DNA of 64,000 nucleotides from an uncultured Candidatus Binatia bacterium (lineage in GTDB: Bacteria; Desulfobacterota; Binatia; UBA9968; CAXXLF01), in contig OZ244621.1 of assembly GCA_965218425.1 (NCBI GenBank), positions 2,144,001 to 2,208,000 on the forward strand, given 5' to 3'. Position numbers and translations under genes: made by a program. The notes beneath the pieces were generated by a model that had not been told where the DNA came from, did no database searches, and worked only from the letters and a program-made list of their open reading frames with translations. Below, in pieces: positions 42,480-52,851 of this stretch (position 1 is the stretch's first letter; each line of letters starts with the position of its first letter).

Positions 42480-43586
42480 TGTAGTGGATCAGTACATATG
42501 AGACAGGGAGGGATTTTTGGAGGATACGATGCCTCGGTCTTGGAGATATTGCAAGGGAGTTAAGTAATTAAGTGCCTGGTGGGGCCGTACCGTATTGTAG
42601 GTCCGTTCCCATTCGAGCAGTTGTTGGTTAAGAGCCTCAACGGTCCAAGCACACTGTTGGACCTCATAGAACTCCTCAGTGTGAGTACGGTTAGCCCGTT
42701 GCACAGCACCATTGAGCTTAGGACTTTTAGGCCCCACGACGAACAACCGGATGCCATGTTGTTGGCAGTGGGTCTCAAAGTCAGAGAACAACTCTGAGCC
42801 TCCATCGACCTGAAAGGCACGTACGGCAAAGGGCATACGAGCCTTGATGGTATCGATGAACGAGGCGGCTAGGGGGGCGCTAGCTTGACGATGAACTTTG
42901 AGTACGTCCCAGCGCGAGACCACATCGCGGGCAGTGAACTGTTTGAGGATCACGCCTGGCACGGGACCGATGTCGAGGGTGTCGATTTGAACCAGGTCGC
43001 CAGGGTAAAGGGGCTGATAGTCTTTGGGTTTACCGATAGCGTAGGGTCTTAGCTTACGCCGTCTTTTTGTGGAGATAGCTTGGGGTTTTGGCTCTATGAG
43101 TTGTCCGCGCTGCCTGACAGAGCTGAGAATACGGCCCACGGTAGGAGCACAGACCTCAAAGCCTTCGTTTTGAAGTAGCACTACGAGTTTGTTTTTACCC
43201 CAGCGGGGATATTGCTCTGTTAAGCGTAGTATTGCCTGCTTGAGGGCCAGGGGCCATTGGGGCTGTGTGAACCGGTGCGGTTTGCGAGAACGCTCTCGAA
43301 GGGAGCCGAGGTCGTTGGGATCAAAGCGTTGGAGCCGGAGGTAAACAGTGGGTCGGCTCAGGTCAAAAGTGCGGTAGGTAAGCTTTATGTCTTTGGTCTC
43401 CTGCCACAGAAGGAGGGCTCTAAGTCGATCGCGCTCTTTGGGCGAGAGGTTAGTGTGGAGATGACGGCAAGCCCAGTTAAATTGCCAGTTCAGTCCAAAG
43501 TAGCTCATGGAGGGGTCCTTTCTTTATACTTACAAAACCTCTCCTTTGTAGCTTAAATTTGTCTCACATGTGTTTGATCCAGTTCA
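42480..43586 (-). mobile_element. IS481-family insertion sequence, probably inactive
   Basis: Imperfect terminal IRs tgtagtggatcagtacatatgagaca / tgtctcacatgtgtttgatccagttca; no TSD seen. Confidence 0.85.
42489..43508 (-). CDS. IS481-family transposase
   Basis: HTH plus RSRKPH, PGDLVQIDT, QVDGGSE, LNGAVQR (catalytic E appears as Q), YNTVRPHQAL. Confidence 0.85.
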   Translation of the reverse strand: MSYFGLNWQFNWACRHLHTNLSPKERDRLRALLLWQETKDIKLTYRTFDLSRPTVYLRLQRFDPNDLGSLRERSRKPHRFTQPQWPLALKQAILRLTEQYPRWGKNKLVVLLQNEGFEVCAPTVGRILSSVRQRGQLIEPKPQAISTKRRRKLRPYAIGKPKDYQPLYPGDLVQIDTLDIGPVPGVILKQFTARDVVSRWDVLKVHRQASAPLAASFIDTIKARMPFAVRAFQVDGGSELFSDFETHCQQHGIRLFVVGPKSPKLNGAVQRANRTHTEEFYEVQQCAWTVEALNQQLLEWERTYNTVRPHQALNYLTPLQYLQDRGIVSSKNPSLSHMY

Positions 43587-43687
43587 CCCTGTCCCAAATC
43601 AGCGGTAAATAACGGTATCAGTTTTAAATTTCGTGCCTATTATGAACTGTGGTCAGCAGGCACCTTACCGCCCAACGCTGGATTTTT

Positions 43688-45232
43688 CTACGCTGGTCCA
43701 TGGACTTCCTCCAGTAGATCGAGGAAGGTCTTCACAGGATTAAACGTGATGAGAGGTACCTCCACGAAGATAGTATTCCAGTGCGCCATGCCACCATTCC
43801 AGAGGCCGGGGAGCTCTAGCGCTTTAAGTGGTTTCCCGTTCATGGACTTTGTGGAGATAAAGCATGCCCTGGGATCGCAGAAACTTGAAAGGTCAAAAGG
43901 CTGTCCGCGGAAATCTCTGAGGCCACACACGATATCGACTGGGTTGAAATGGGTCGATGCATTCCAGATGTCGCTCTGCTCGGTGGATGCCAAATTGACC
44001 TGAGATGACTCTACGATTTGAAGGGATCCGGTATGAGTATCCTCGCCCACCCAGAACGGGCCACCTCCAGGTGCCCCCGTGGACTTTACCATTCCACAGA
44101 CCCTCAGGGGTCGATTCAGTTTGTCTAAGAGAAATCTGACCTTTCCCTGTTTGGTGCCCTGATGGATTTGTTTACTGAGAATCACGGCAAGGTTCTCTCC
44201 GGCAAATTCCAGTGCCTCGTTTAACGCCCTGTCATCAACATTTTTCTTGCTTAGCTCTCTTATATAGCCGTAGGTCTGGTCCTGAACTTCCGCCAGAAGG
44301 CCTCCCAGGGCCTTTTTATAAGCGTAGGTTTCACCCTTCAGCCTATCGGGGACAACGTTGTCTATGTTCTTGATGAATACGATTTCTCCTTCCAGTTCCT
44401 GAAGGTTTTCCAACAGTGCCCCGTGGCCTCCCGGGCGAAACACAAGCCTGTCCTGTGTGTCGCGGAAAGGTTCGTTTTCCAAGTTCACCGCGAGAGTGTC
44501 CGTGGATGGCTTCTGGATGGAAAGGCCGATATCGAATTTTACACCAGGGCTCTCATGGCGGCTTTTAGCTTCTTGCAGGTGAGTACTTATAATTTCCCTC
44601 TGTTCGGGCGGCACAGTGAAATGAAGGCGTGCCGCATGATTTTTGTCCACCGTGTAGGCTGCGGCTTCAACAAGGTGTTCTTCGAATGGAGTTCGACAGT
44701 GGTCACGATAGCAGTGAAACTTGATGAGGCCTTTGCATAGGTGTCCGTAGTTTAGGCCTTTGTCCGTCAGCAGGTATTCGAGAACCTCATCGTACTGACC
44801 CTTGGATATCAATGTTGCGATATCCAAGCCGGCCCTTTTCATTATCGCATTCAGATCATCATAAAAGGCGTATCCTTGGAGATGAGCGAAAAACTCCTTT
44901 ACGTCTCTCTGTTCTGCATTTGTAGGTGCAGAATCCGGGGCGGTTTGATCCTTGGCGGCAAGCAACACCTGAAACATTCGGCTGGCAGCCCCGGAGGCCG
45001 GGATGAACTTTATCGCCTTTCGAGACCGGGCGGCCTGGGAATAGATTTTTTCAAGTCGCCGAAGATCGCTTTTCCTGAGAACGGTGATCCCGTCCCCTTT
45101 GGTACAGGGTCGTTGCAACCGGGAATAGGAAAATCCCCTTCTGAATGTCTCCATCTGAGATTCCGCCTGTTTCAGGGTGATCCCTCTGGCCTGGATCTGT
45201 TCCATGTCTTGTTTCTTGAATAAATCAGGCAT
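43688..45232 (-). CDS. DUF4301-family protein
   Basis: KFIPASGAASRMF, RPGGHGAL, KNIDNV, PGGGPFWV, THFNPVD, LKALELPGLWNG; start could also be 45271. Confidence 0.85.
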   Translation of the reverse strand: MPDLFKKQDMEQIQARGITLKQAESQMETFRRGFSYSRLQRPCTKGDGITVLRKSDLRRLEKIYSQAARSRKAIKFIPASGAASRMFQVLLAAKDQTAPDSAPTNAEQRDVKEFFAHLQGYAFYDDLNAIMKRAGLDIATLISKGQYDEVLEYLLTDKGLNYGHLCKGLIKFHCYRDHCRTPFEEHLVEAAAYTVDKNHAARLHFTVPPEQREIISTHLQEAKSRHESPGVKFDIGLSIQKPSTDTLAVNLENEPFRDTQDRLVFRPGGHGALLENLQELEGEIVFIKNIDNVVPDRLKGETYAYKKALGGLLAEVQDQTYGYIRELSKKNVDDRALNEALEFAGENLAVILSKQIHQGTKQGKVRFLLDKLNRPLRVCGMVKSTGAPGGGPFWVGEDTHTGSLQIVESSQVNLASTEQSDIWNASTHFNPVDIVCGLRDFRGQPFDLSSFCDPRACFISTKSMNGKPLKALELPGLWNGGMAHWNTIFVEVPLITFNPVKTFLDLLEEVHGPA

Positions 45233-45721
45233 CGCCGCCTCGTATGGATTTTTTCGCCGCCGCCTCGTCACTTAGGGGTAAAGCGCTGGGTGGAATAGTT
45301 CGAAGGCATTGGCACATCAAGTGAAGAGTCTAAGATATGATGTGGTTTTCAAAGCTAGCACGAAAGACCCGAAAGAGTGAAATGTGTCACGCCTTTGATT
45401 TACCCATCAAGCATACGAAGATGGCTATTACCCCAAGGGGTAGCAGTGCAGAGAAGGCAAACCGCTGTGCGTCGGCAAATGCGATGGGGTCTTGTGCCGC
45501 TGTCCCGGTCATCGTCCCCTCCAGGAGTGCCACGGCCAGCGCGACTCCGATGGTTCCTGCGGCGGGGCCAAAGGATGAAAGCATGCCGGAGAGCATCCCG
45601 TATTGTTCTGCGCTTACAGTGGAGAAGGCGGCCCTTTGGTTCGCAGGGATAAAGAAACCTGAGGTAGCCCAGGTTTGACGGACACCTAAAAAGGGGACAA
45701 GATCCCCGCAGGAGGTGTTCG

Positions 45722-46012
45722 ATGGGCAAGCGAAGGCGTTTCACCCAAGAGTTTAAGTTGGAAGCTGTTCGACTGCTGGAGGCGGGCGCTCGGCCAGCAG
45801 CGGAGATTGCACGGGAACTGGGAGTACCTCGCAATCGACTGTACAAGTGGCAGGAGCAAGTGACGAGGAAAGGGGCGGCTGCGTTTCCCGGCACAGGTCG
45901 AGGTAGAGACAACGATGAGGTAGCACGGTTAAGGCGAGAGCTGGAGCGGGTAACGGAACAACGAGATATATTAAAAAAGGCCGCAGCGTACTTTGCCAAG
46001 GAACTCAAGTAA
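45722..46012 (+). CDS. IS3 transposase OrfA
   Basis: RRRFTQEFKLEAV HTH, ILKKAAAYFAK; A6G slippery site at 45973-45979. Confidence 0.93.
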   Translation: MGKRRRFTQEFKLEAVRLLEAGARPAAEIARELGVPRNRLYKWQEQVTRKGAAAFPGTGRGRDNDEVARLRRELERVTEQRDILKKAAAYFAKELK

Positions 46013-46053
46013 AGTACGCGTTTATACGAGCTCACAGGACAGAGTTTAGGGTA

Positions 46054-46872
46054 GTGAGGATGTGCGAGGTATTAGAGGTCAGTCGTAGTGGGTACTACGA
46101 CTGGAGCGGTCGAGGGGAGTCTCGGCGTAGAGCACAGGATAAGGTTGTGATCAAAGAGATCCGCAAGGTGCACGAGAGCTACAAGGAAGCGTACGGGGCA
46201 GTCAAGACATGGCTGACGCTGAAGGAGGCGGGGGTGACATGTGGGAAGCATGGGGTGGCGAGGCTGAGGAGTTTAGTGGGGATAGAGACGCGTCGGGTGC
46301 AAAGGTTTCGATTGGCCTACAAGGCTCGTCACAGTGCGCCACCGGCACCGAACTTGTTGCGTCAACGCTTCGAAGCGTCAGGCCCCGACCAGGTATGGAT
46401 GGCCGATATTACCTTCATTGGTACCCGATCTGGGTGGTTATACCTGGCGGTAGTGGTGGACCTTTACTCTCGGCTGGTGGTGGGATGGTCAATGAAGCAA
46501 CGTCCCACACAGGAGTTGGTCAGTGAAGCTTTACTGATGGCTATCGAACAGCGCCAGCCTATGGCGGGGCTGATTCACCATAGCGACCAAGGAATCCAAT
46601 ACGCTAGCAATCACTACGTTGAGTTGCTCAAACGCCATGGGGTGGTGCGCAGCATGAGCCGCAAAGGGAATTGCTACGACAATGCAGTGGTCGAGAGTTT
46701 GTTCAGCTCACTAAAGAATGAACTTGTACACCATCAGGATTATAAGACGAGGCAGGACGCTAGGTCGGATATCTTCGACTACATTGAACTGTTTTATAAC
46801 CGAAGAAGAAAGCATGAGTCGTTGGGATACCACACCCCAATGGCATATGACTCGATCAAACGTGTGGCTTAA
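46054..46872 (+). CDS. IS3 transposase OrfB (DDE), joined to OrfA by a -1 frameshift
   Basis: W.ADITF, HSDQG.QY, GNCYDNAVVES, YNRRRKH. Confidence 0.93.
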   Translation: MRMCEVLEVSRSGYYDWSGRGESRRRAQDKVVIKEIRKVHESYKEAYGAVKTWLTLKEAGVTCGKHGVARLRSLVGIETRRVQRFRLAYKARHSAPPAPNLLRQRFEASGPDQVWMADITFIGTRSGWLYLAVVVDLYSRLVVGWSMKQRPTQELVSEALLMAIEQRQPMAGLIHHSDQGIQYASNHYVELLKRHGVVRSMSRKGNCYDNAVVESLFSSLKNELVHHQDYKTRQDARSDIFDYIELFYNRRRKHESLGYHTPMAYDSIKRVA

Positions 46873-48127
46873 TTAACTGTCCGTGAAACCCGGGTCGCTT
46901 CAACCCGTTCCCAATCCAATTAGAGTGAAGGCTGATACCACCCACAGGCAGTGGGAGTCAACTCCTAGCCGTGAATAAACGAGGATCCCCAATAGGGTCA
47001 CGAACATACCCGCAGCGGCAATGGACCTGGCGTCAAGTCGGTCCGCTAACCTGCCGCTTACGGGTGAAATTATGGCTGTTGATAGCGGCAGGGTGGTTGC
47101 CACCAGCCCAATGACCAAGGGGGACAGTTGAAGGACATTTTGCATGTAAAGAGGGCCAAGCATGAAAACTGGGTAGTGAACACCGGCGTTCAATACCAGA
47201 GCTAGCATGGAGGTGGATAAAGGGAGACTCTTAAACAATGAAGGCCGTATCAATGGGTTTTTGGTACGAAACTCCGTGACGGTAAAACTGAATAGTCCGA
47301 GGGCGGAAACAGTCAGGCAGATCAGAACGTAGAATGAATCCCAACCTGATTTTGCTCCAATACTTAATGCGAGCAGGAGTGACGGATACCCAACCAAAAG
47401 CGTGAAGGCCCCTAAAAAGTCGAAGGGCTCTTTTCCCCTCTCTTCTCGGCCTTTCAATACTTTGAATACCGCCATGGAGGCCGCCAAACCGATAAAAGCG
47501 TTGGCCGCAAAGATCGCGCGCCAGCTCCACAAAAATAGTAGGAGTCCCCCCACAGACGGTCCCGTGGCCCTGCCGACGGCCACAGATGCGGCCAACCAAC
47601 CAAGGAATTCACCTCTCCTGTTTGGTGGGCAGGTGGATGCTAGAATGGCGGCGGACATGGGAAACGCCATGGCCAGGCCGATGCTCATAACGGTTCTAAA
47701 TGCCAGCAATTGGAAGTAGGAACCCGCAAAGGCGGCTAGGCCGGAGCCCACCGCGTACATGGTAACGCCGATTCTGTACAGTCGATTCCTGCCGAGGAGG
47801 TCTCCTGCTTTCCCAAAGCAGAGTGAGAGGCTCGAAACTGTCACCAACCCGATGAACGAAATCCACTGAAGTGCCCCCAGGCCAATACCCAAATCGCTTT
47901 GAATGGTGGGAAGTGCGACGCTGATGCTGCCGTAGCTGTTGAAAAACAGATACGCGGCTAGACAGACGACACTCAGAACTTTGAGTTGTTCTTTATCCAG
48001 TGAGTTCTTCAGTGGGCTCATCCGCCCCGTACCCCCTGTCGAGAGTCTTAAGGGAAGGAGGAGGCGCCCGGTGATCTAACTTCCCCTGGGCGCCGTGAGG
48101 CGCCACCGAAGTCCGCACCCAAGTCCA

Positions 48128-48156
48128 CCGTTCGGCCGTGAGCTCACGTCGAACGG
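48128..48156. repeat. REP-like palindrome
   Basis: ccgttcg gc cgtgagctcacg t cgaacgg. Confidence 0.5.
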
Positions 48157-48247
48157 GTGCCCTTGTGTGGTATAGGGAACGTCATCTTTTCCTTTTCTTA
48201 GCGGGGAGTGTCAAGTAAAAAGAGCTCAGCACAAAGCAAAGCTCTGT

Positions 48248-48276
48248 TTGACAATTAATTGCTCACGAAATATAGG
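48248..48276 (+). promoter_or_regulatory. Putative promoter of the first LLM gene (possibly leaderless); divergent TTGACA at 48209-48214
   Basis: TTGACA-17-TATAGG ends 8 nt before ATG 48285; no SD. Confidence 0.4.
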
Positions 48277-48284
48277 CATGGGTC

Positions 48285-49340
48285 ATGCAATGGGGTCTCT
48301 TTTACCTTCCCACCGAATTACCTGATGCTCCCGTTGAAGGTGCCGATCTCTATCGCACCGTGATTGATCAAGTGCGCTTTGCCGAGGAGATTGGGTTCGG
48401 TTCCGTGTGGCTTGCTGAGCACCACTTTCACAAATTTGGCGGAATGTTTCCCTCCACTCCGATGCTTGGAGCGGCCGTTGCCCAGCACACCAAGACCATT
48501 CGTATCGGCCCGGCAGTGGTTCTGCTTCCCTACCACAATCCAGTTCGCGTTGCGGAAGACTATGCCACCCTGGACCTGCTAAGCAATGGCCGACTTGAAT
48601 TCGGTGTGGGGCACGGCTTTGTGAAATGGGAGGCCATGGTGTTTCGCGTTCCACTGGACGAGTTGCGGGAACGGTTTAGGGAAAATCTGGATGTGGTGCT
48701 CAAGGCGTGGACGGAACCACAAATGAGCCATAAAGGTCGTTTTTATGAGTTTAAGGATCTGGCTGTTTGGCCGCGCCCCTACCAGCAACCTCACCCACCG
48801 GTATGGATGGCCGCCACTGCAAGCATCGAGTCCTTTGAGTATTCCGGCCGCATGGGATTTCACATGATGCTGATTCCTTTTCTGCAGGAGGTGAAGGAAT
48901 TGCGCTCCAAGGTAGAGGCCTACCTAGCCGCCCGGGAGAAAGCGGGCCTCTCTTCACCGCCGCGGATTTTAGGCGTTTACCATATCTATGTTGGTGAAGA
49001 CGGTGGAGAAGCCCGGGCCTCGGGAGCGCACGGCGTGAAACAATACACGAGCGCAGCGGCCGGTGCCCATAGCCTAACACCCAATGTCCAGGACCCTGAG
49101 TCCTATGGGAGCCACCTGGCTGCGCGAGCCGCCACAAGAGGACTGAGTTTTGACGATTTCGTTGAACGCAACCGTGTTCTGATAGGCAGCGCCTCTGAGG
49201 TAAGAGAGCAAATCAAATATTTGCGCGAGCAGTTGTATCTCACCGACCTTGCCGGCCTATTTGCGCTGGGGGGTCTCGCGGAAACCCAGGTCCGTGCCTC
49301 CATGGGGCGCTTTATGGCGGAGGTTGTGCCTGGACTTTAG
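48285..49340 (+). CDS. Luciferase-like (LLM) flavin-dependent oxidoreductase
   Basis: AEEIGFGSVWLAEHHF, HNPVRVAEDYATLDLLSNGRLEFGVG, PRPYQQPHPPVW. Confidence 0.93.
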   Translation: MQWGLFYLPTELPDAPVEGADLYRTVIDQVRFAEEIGFGSVWLAEHHFHKFGGMFPSTPMLGAAVAQHTKTIRIGPAVVLLPYHNPVRVAEDYATLDLLSNGRLEFGVGHGFVKWEAMVFRVPLDELRERFRENLDVVLKAWTEPQMSHKGRFYEFKDLAVWPRPYQQPHPPVWMAATASIESFEYSGRMGFHMMLIPFLQEVKELRSKVEAYLAAREKAGLSSPPRILGVYHIYVGEDGGEARASGAHGVKQYTSAAAGAHSLTPNVQDPESYGSHLAARAATRGLSFDDFVERNRVLIGSASEVREQIKYLREQLYLTDLAGLFALGGLAETQVRASMGRFMAEVVPGL

Positions 49341-49462
49341 GGCGACGTTTTCAAGGAGTGGGCTAAGCAACCAGCCAGGTGAAATGGATTTTAGTTGCAG
49401 AAGTGGAATCCATGACAGGTAGTTGGGTTTTACTTCTTTTGACCAGATAAGTTGGAGGTTTT

Positions 49463-50587
49463 ATGGAGGTATGGATTCGTCCGAGCTACTATTACCTCTC
49501 CCGGCTTCATGAGCCCATGCCGTACCCAGTTCCAGGCCGCATGTGGGATCGTAGCCTGGGCGAGAAGCTCTACGGGGATCACATGCGCTTCATTCGAAGT
49601 GTCGACCGGTTGGGATTTGATGGAGTTCTTTTTACGGAACACCACTATGGACCCAATGGTGGCCTGACCCCATCCCCTACGGTTTTTCTATCCGCGGCGA
49701 GTCAGGTTACCGAACGAATAAAGCTCGTAATCATGGGGATTGCACTGGCGCTCTACCCTCATCCCGTTCGTGTAGCGGAAGAGTTGGCCATGTTGGACAA
49801 CCTCTCCCACGGCAGGCTCGAGGTGGGTTTTATTAGCAGTGGCGCTCCGTCGTTATACGCGTACAACCTTGCGGTGAGCGAAGAAGGCGGGCGGTATCAT
49901 GAGGCCTACGATCTCGTCATGAAGGCCTGGACTGAAGAAAACCCATTTGAGTGGCATAGCCGGTACTACGATTATCGATGCGTTTCGGTTCTTCCTCGTC
50001 CCCTCCAGGTCCCCTATCCGCCCATATGGACCGTGGCCGCCAGCACGGAAAGTCTCCAATGGGCGGCTGAGCATCAATTGCGCCTTTTTTCTTCCGGTAC
50101 GTTGGATGGAGCTGCTGAAACTCTAAGTTACTACAGAAATATTGCCGCAACCGAATTTGGCTGGACCCCCAAACCCGCTGAACTGGGGATAGCTCGCGAG
50201 CTGTATATGGGTCGAACAGAGTCCCATGTCCGGCAAATGTTGGATGAGCTTTTTCATAGGGAAGGAGACATGGCTTACAAGCAAGTCACGGAAGCACCTC
50301 AATTGGCGGATCTCAACCGCGAACGGCGTGCCACTCGGTCATATGACCACCAGAAAACGCGCAGGCGACGGGCAGGGGAGCATCGGACGGAAGAAGCCGT
50401 GCGGGGCGGCAGTTTTCTGGTAGGGGACCCTGACTCCATCACAGAGCAGATTCTCCATCAACGGGAAGTTACCGGAGCCGGTATTATAGCCATACGGCTC
50501 GAGCTGGGCGATGTGGACTTGGATGAGGTGACCGAAAACCTAGAGCTGTTCTCCCGGGAGGTGCTCCCGGTTCTAAGGAAGGCCTAG
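49463..50587 (+). CDS. Luciferase-like (LLM) flavin-dependent oxidoreductase
   Basis: LGFDGVLFTEHH, HPVRVAEELAMLDNLSHGRLEVG, PRPLQVPYPPIW. Confidence 0.92.
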   Translation: MEVWIRPSYYYLSRLHEPMPYPVPGRMWDRSLGEKLYGDHMRFIRSVDRLGFDGVLFTEHHYGPNGGLTPSPTVFLSAASQVTERIKLVIMGIALALYPHPVRVAEELAMLDNLSHGRLEVGFISSGAPSLYAYNLAVSEEGGRYHEAYDLVMKAWTEENPFEWHSRYYDYRCVSVLPRPLQVPYPPIWTVAASTESLQWAAEHQLRLFSSGTLDGAAETLSYYRNIAATEFGWTPKPAELGIARELYMGRTESHVRQMLDELFHREGDMAYKQVTEAPQLADLNRERRATRSYDHQKTRRRRAGEHRTEEAVRGGSFLVGDPDSITEQILHQREVTGAGIIAIRLELGDVDLDEVTENLELFSREVLPVLRKA

Positions 50588-50645
50588 GAAACTTGGAATG
50601 GTCGGTGGCGTCCTCTGGTTCACGAAATCAATCGTGGCGGTCTGT

Positions 50646-50674
50646 AAAGGAGGTGTCTCAGCCGCACCTCTTTT
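50646..50674. terminator. Possible bidirectional terminator
   Basis: aaaggaggtg-N9-cacctctttt between convergent genes. Confidence 0.45.
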
Positions 50675-51839
50675 ATTTTTCCCGGGGATCAGCCTGAGGT
50701 TCTTGGCTCGAGCCCTGGTACAACTCACCTCCCCGGATGGTCCAGCGGGCTAAGATGCGCTGATCGGCCGTCAGCTCGTTGCCCAGAGAATCTCGCAACT
50801 TCGCGGACCCGTGCGCCAGTTCCAATACCGCCAGGTCGGCCTCGCGCCCAGGCTCGAGGCTTCCCAATCGGTCTTGCCATCCCATGGCTCTGGCCGGGTT
50901 GATGGTGCAGGCGGCCTACACCTGCTCAAGGCCCATTCCTAGAGTAAGGAACTTGGTCATGGTTGTGGGCAGGTCCACCACGGGACCCAGTCCGCTACGG
51001 ATGTGGAGGTCGGAACTTATGGTATCCGGCAAGAATCCCTCGCCCACGGATCTCTTTACCAGATCAAAGGAGAGGTGGCGGTTGGCGTGACCCACGTCGA
51101 ACAGGACGCCGCGTTCGTGTGCACGGCGCACGGCCAAGCGTAAACCACCGTTTTCATCCATAATGCATGGCTTGAGCGGTGTAAAACAGTGGGTCACCAC
51201 ATCGCCGGGCCTGAGCGTGTCAACGATCTCCTCCATGGAAATACCGGTATCTCCGATGTGAACCATCACGGGGGATTTAGACGCATTGCCGGCTTCAATG
51301 GCCAGCCGAAGCGCTTGCCTGCCATTGTCGCCCACCGACGATCGGTTAAGGCGCACCTTGATCCCCACGGCTACGTCTGGATGTTCACCCACCGTGCGCG
51401 CGGCCCCTTCCGGATCGGCGAACCGTAAGTCGTTCAATTCCCCCGGTGAGGTCAAAACACCATGCTGAGCGACACAGACCAGTGCCAGCATCCGGGTACG
51501 AGATCCCTCGGCGATGAAACGCTTGAACCCAAGAAAGTTTACCGGGCCTGCGGAGCCTGCGTCCACTGACGTGGTTACGCCGCTCGCCTTACAGATGGGA
51601 TCGGCATCGAAACCGAACGGATTAACTCCCCAGTAGCTATGGATGTGGAAGTCGATGAGACCGGGAGTTACGTAACAACCCCGCACGTCCAGCACGCGTT
51701 TGGCGCCATCCTGGTTTAGTCTTGATCCCATGGCAGCAATACGGCCGCCAGCGATGCCTACGTCCAGCTCATGGCACTGCCCGGATGCCGGATCCAATAC
51801 GGTACCGCCTGCCATCAATAAGTCGAACGAGTCATTCAT
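50673..51839 (-). pseudogene. Amidohydrolase/dihydroorotase-like metallohydrolase with an in-frame TAG at 50916-50918
   Basis: PGLIDFHIH, DAGSAG, GIKVR, MVHIG, THCF, ISSDLH; reading continues in frame after the stop as AACTINPARAMG..GSLEPGREADLAVL. Confidence 0.85.
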
Positions 51840-52851
51840 TGTTTTGCGGTCCGTATTGATCCGTTTCCATCAACCGGGCGGCGGCCAGAGCCTCGGAAGT
51901 CAAGCGTAGCGTCTCCCGGGATTCCAGAAGCCATGCTTGGAATCCTTCCGGAACGTTTTCCGTTGGTCCATGGTGAGCAATGCCCTTTGGAACCCAGGTA
52001 AGGGTTCCAGGCTCGTTGACTCTCCCCCAGGCGCCGGGTCCGGATGAATAGAAAATGACCTCGTCGTAATCGGCGTTGTAATGGATTGGCGGACGTCCGC
52101 TCGGACGGGCGCTGAGGTTGTAGAGAAGAACATTGGAATTTGGCGATGAAACAAACCGGGCCGGGGGTCCCGATTCGTTGTTGAACAGCGGCTTCAGGTT
52201 TGCCTTCCACACCGGCACCGTCCCTTCCTTTATGGTCGTAAATCCGAGAAGGTCGTGGGGTTTTTCGTAGCGGGTAATTCCGTCGTGACTCTTGATAAGT
52301 AAAACGGTCCTCTTGGGTTGTGCCGCCTGTCCATTTAGAGATGCCCGCTCCACCTTTACTTGAAACGGAGGTCGTGGGTCGATTTTAACGGCTCCCGGGC
52401 TTTCAATGATGACACTCAGAGCCGGTGTTTTTTGCGGCTGAATGAAATAAGGCACGGCACGAGGAATACAAATGAAGTCACCGGGCGCGCCGATGATCTT
52501 TCCATATCCGGTGTAAAAGTGAATTTCACCCTCCTGGATGAAATGCACCTCGTCGGCTTCCACGTTGGAAATCAAAAACGGCATGGCCGTTTCCCGCACA
52601 GAAACGCTTAGCTGGAACCCCGTAGTGGCTCTCAGAACAACCAGGGGGAGGGATTCTCTATCATAACGGTCAGGCAAAGAGAGACTTCTGACGTTGAGGC
52701 GATGGGGAGCGTGAGGCCCGGTCACCGATGTGTAGTCCGATGTATGCAGCGGGCGAGTAACCACCACACCGTCACCGTAAAATCCCTCCCGCGACCAATG
52801 CTCCGTGTTTTCGAGAGATGGCTTCTTATTGTTCCGATGGTCCATAAACAA
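51832..52851 (-). CDS. Homogentisate 1,2-dioxygenase-like cupin protein
   Basis: NVEADEVHFIQEG..TGYG..PGDFICIPRA; HYNADYDEVIFY..PGTLTWVPKGIAHHGP (His/Glu/His Fe ligands). Confidence 0.75.
   Translation of the reverse strand: MFMDHRNNKKPSLENTEHWSREGFYGDGVVVTRPLHTSDYTSVTGPHAPHRLNVRSLSLPDRYDRESLPLVVLRATTGFQLSVSVRETAMPFLISNVEADEVHFIQEGEIHFYTGYGKIIGAPGDFICIPRAVPYFIQPQKTPALSVIIESPGAVKIDPRPPFQVKVERASLNGQAAQPKRTVLLIKSHDGITRYEKPHDLLGFTTIKEGTVPVWKANLKPLFNNESGPPARFVSSPNSNVLLYNLSARPSGRPPIHYNADYDEVIFYSSGPGAWGRVNEPGTLTWVPKGIAHHGPTENVPEGFQAWLLESRETLRLTSEALAAARLMETDQYGPQNNE

Larger units (their letters stand above)
45660..46902 (+). mobile_element. IS3-family element, 1243 bp, with 3-bp TSD (ACC)
   Basis: IRL tgaggtagcccaggtttgacggacac; IRR (rc) tgaagcgacccgggtttcacggacag; ACC at 45657-45659 and 46903-46905. 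Confidence 0.95.
45387..48021 (-). pseudogene. DHA2-type MFS transporter interrupted by IS3
   Basis: Removing 45660-46902 and one ACC copy joins ...IGLGTG to FFIPANQRAAF...KSKA* in frame (about 462 aa). Confidence 0.92.
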
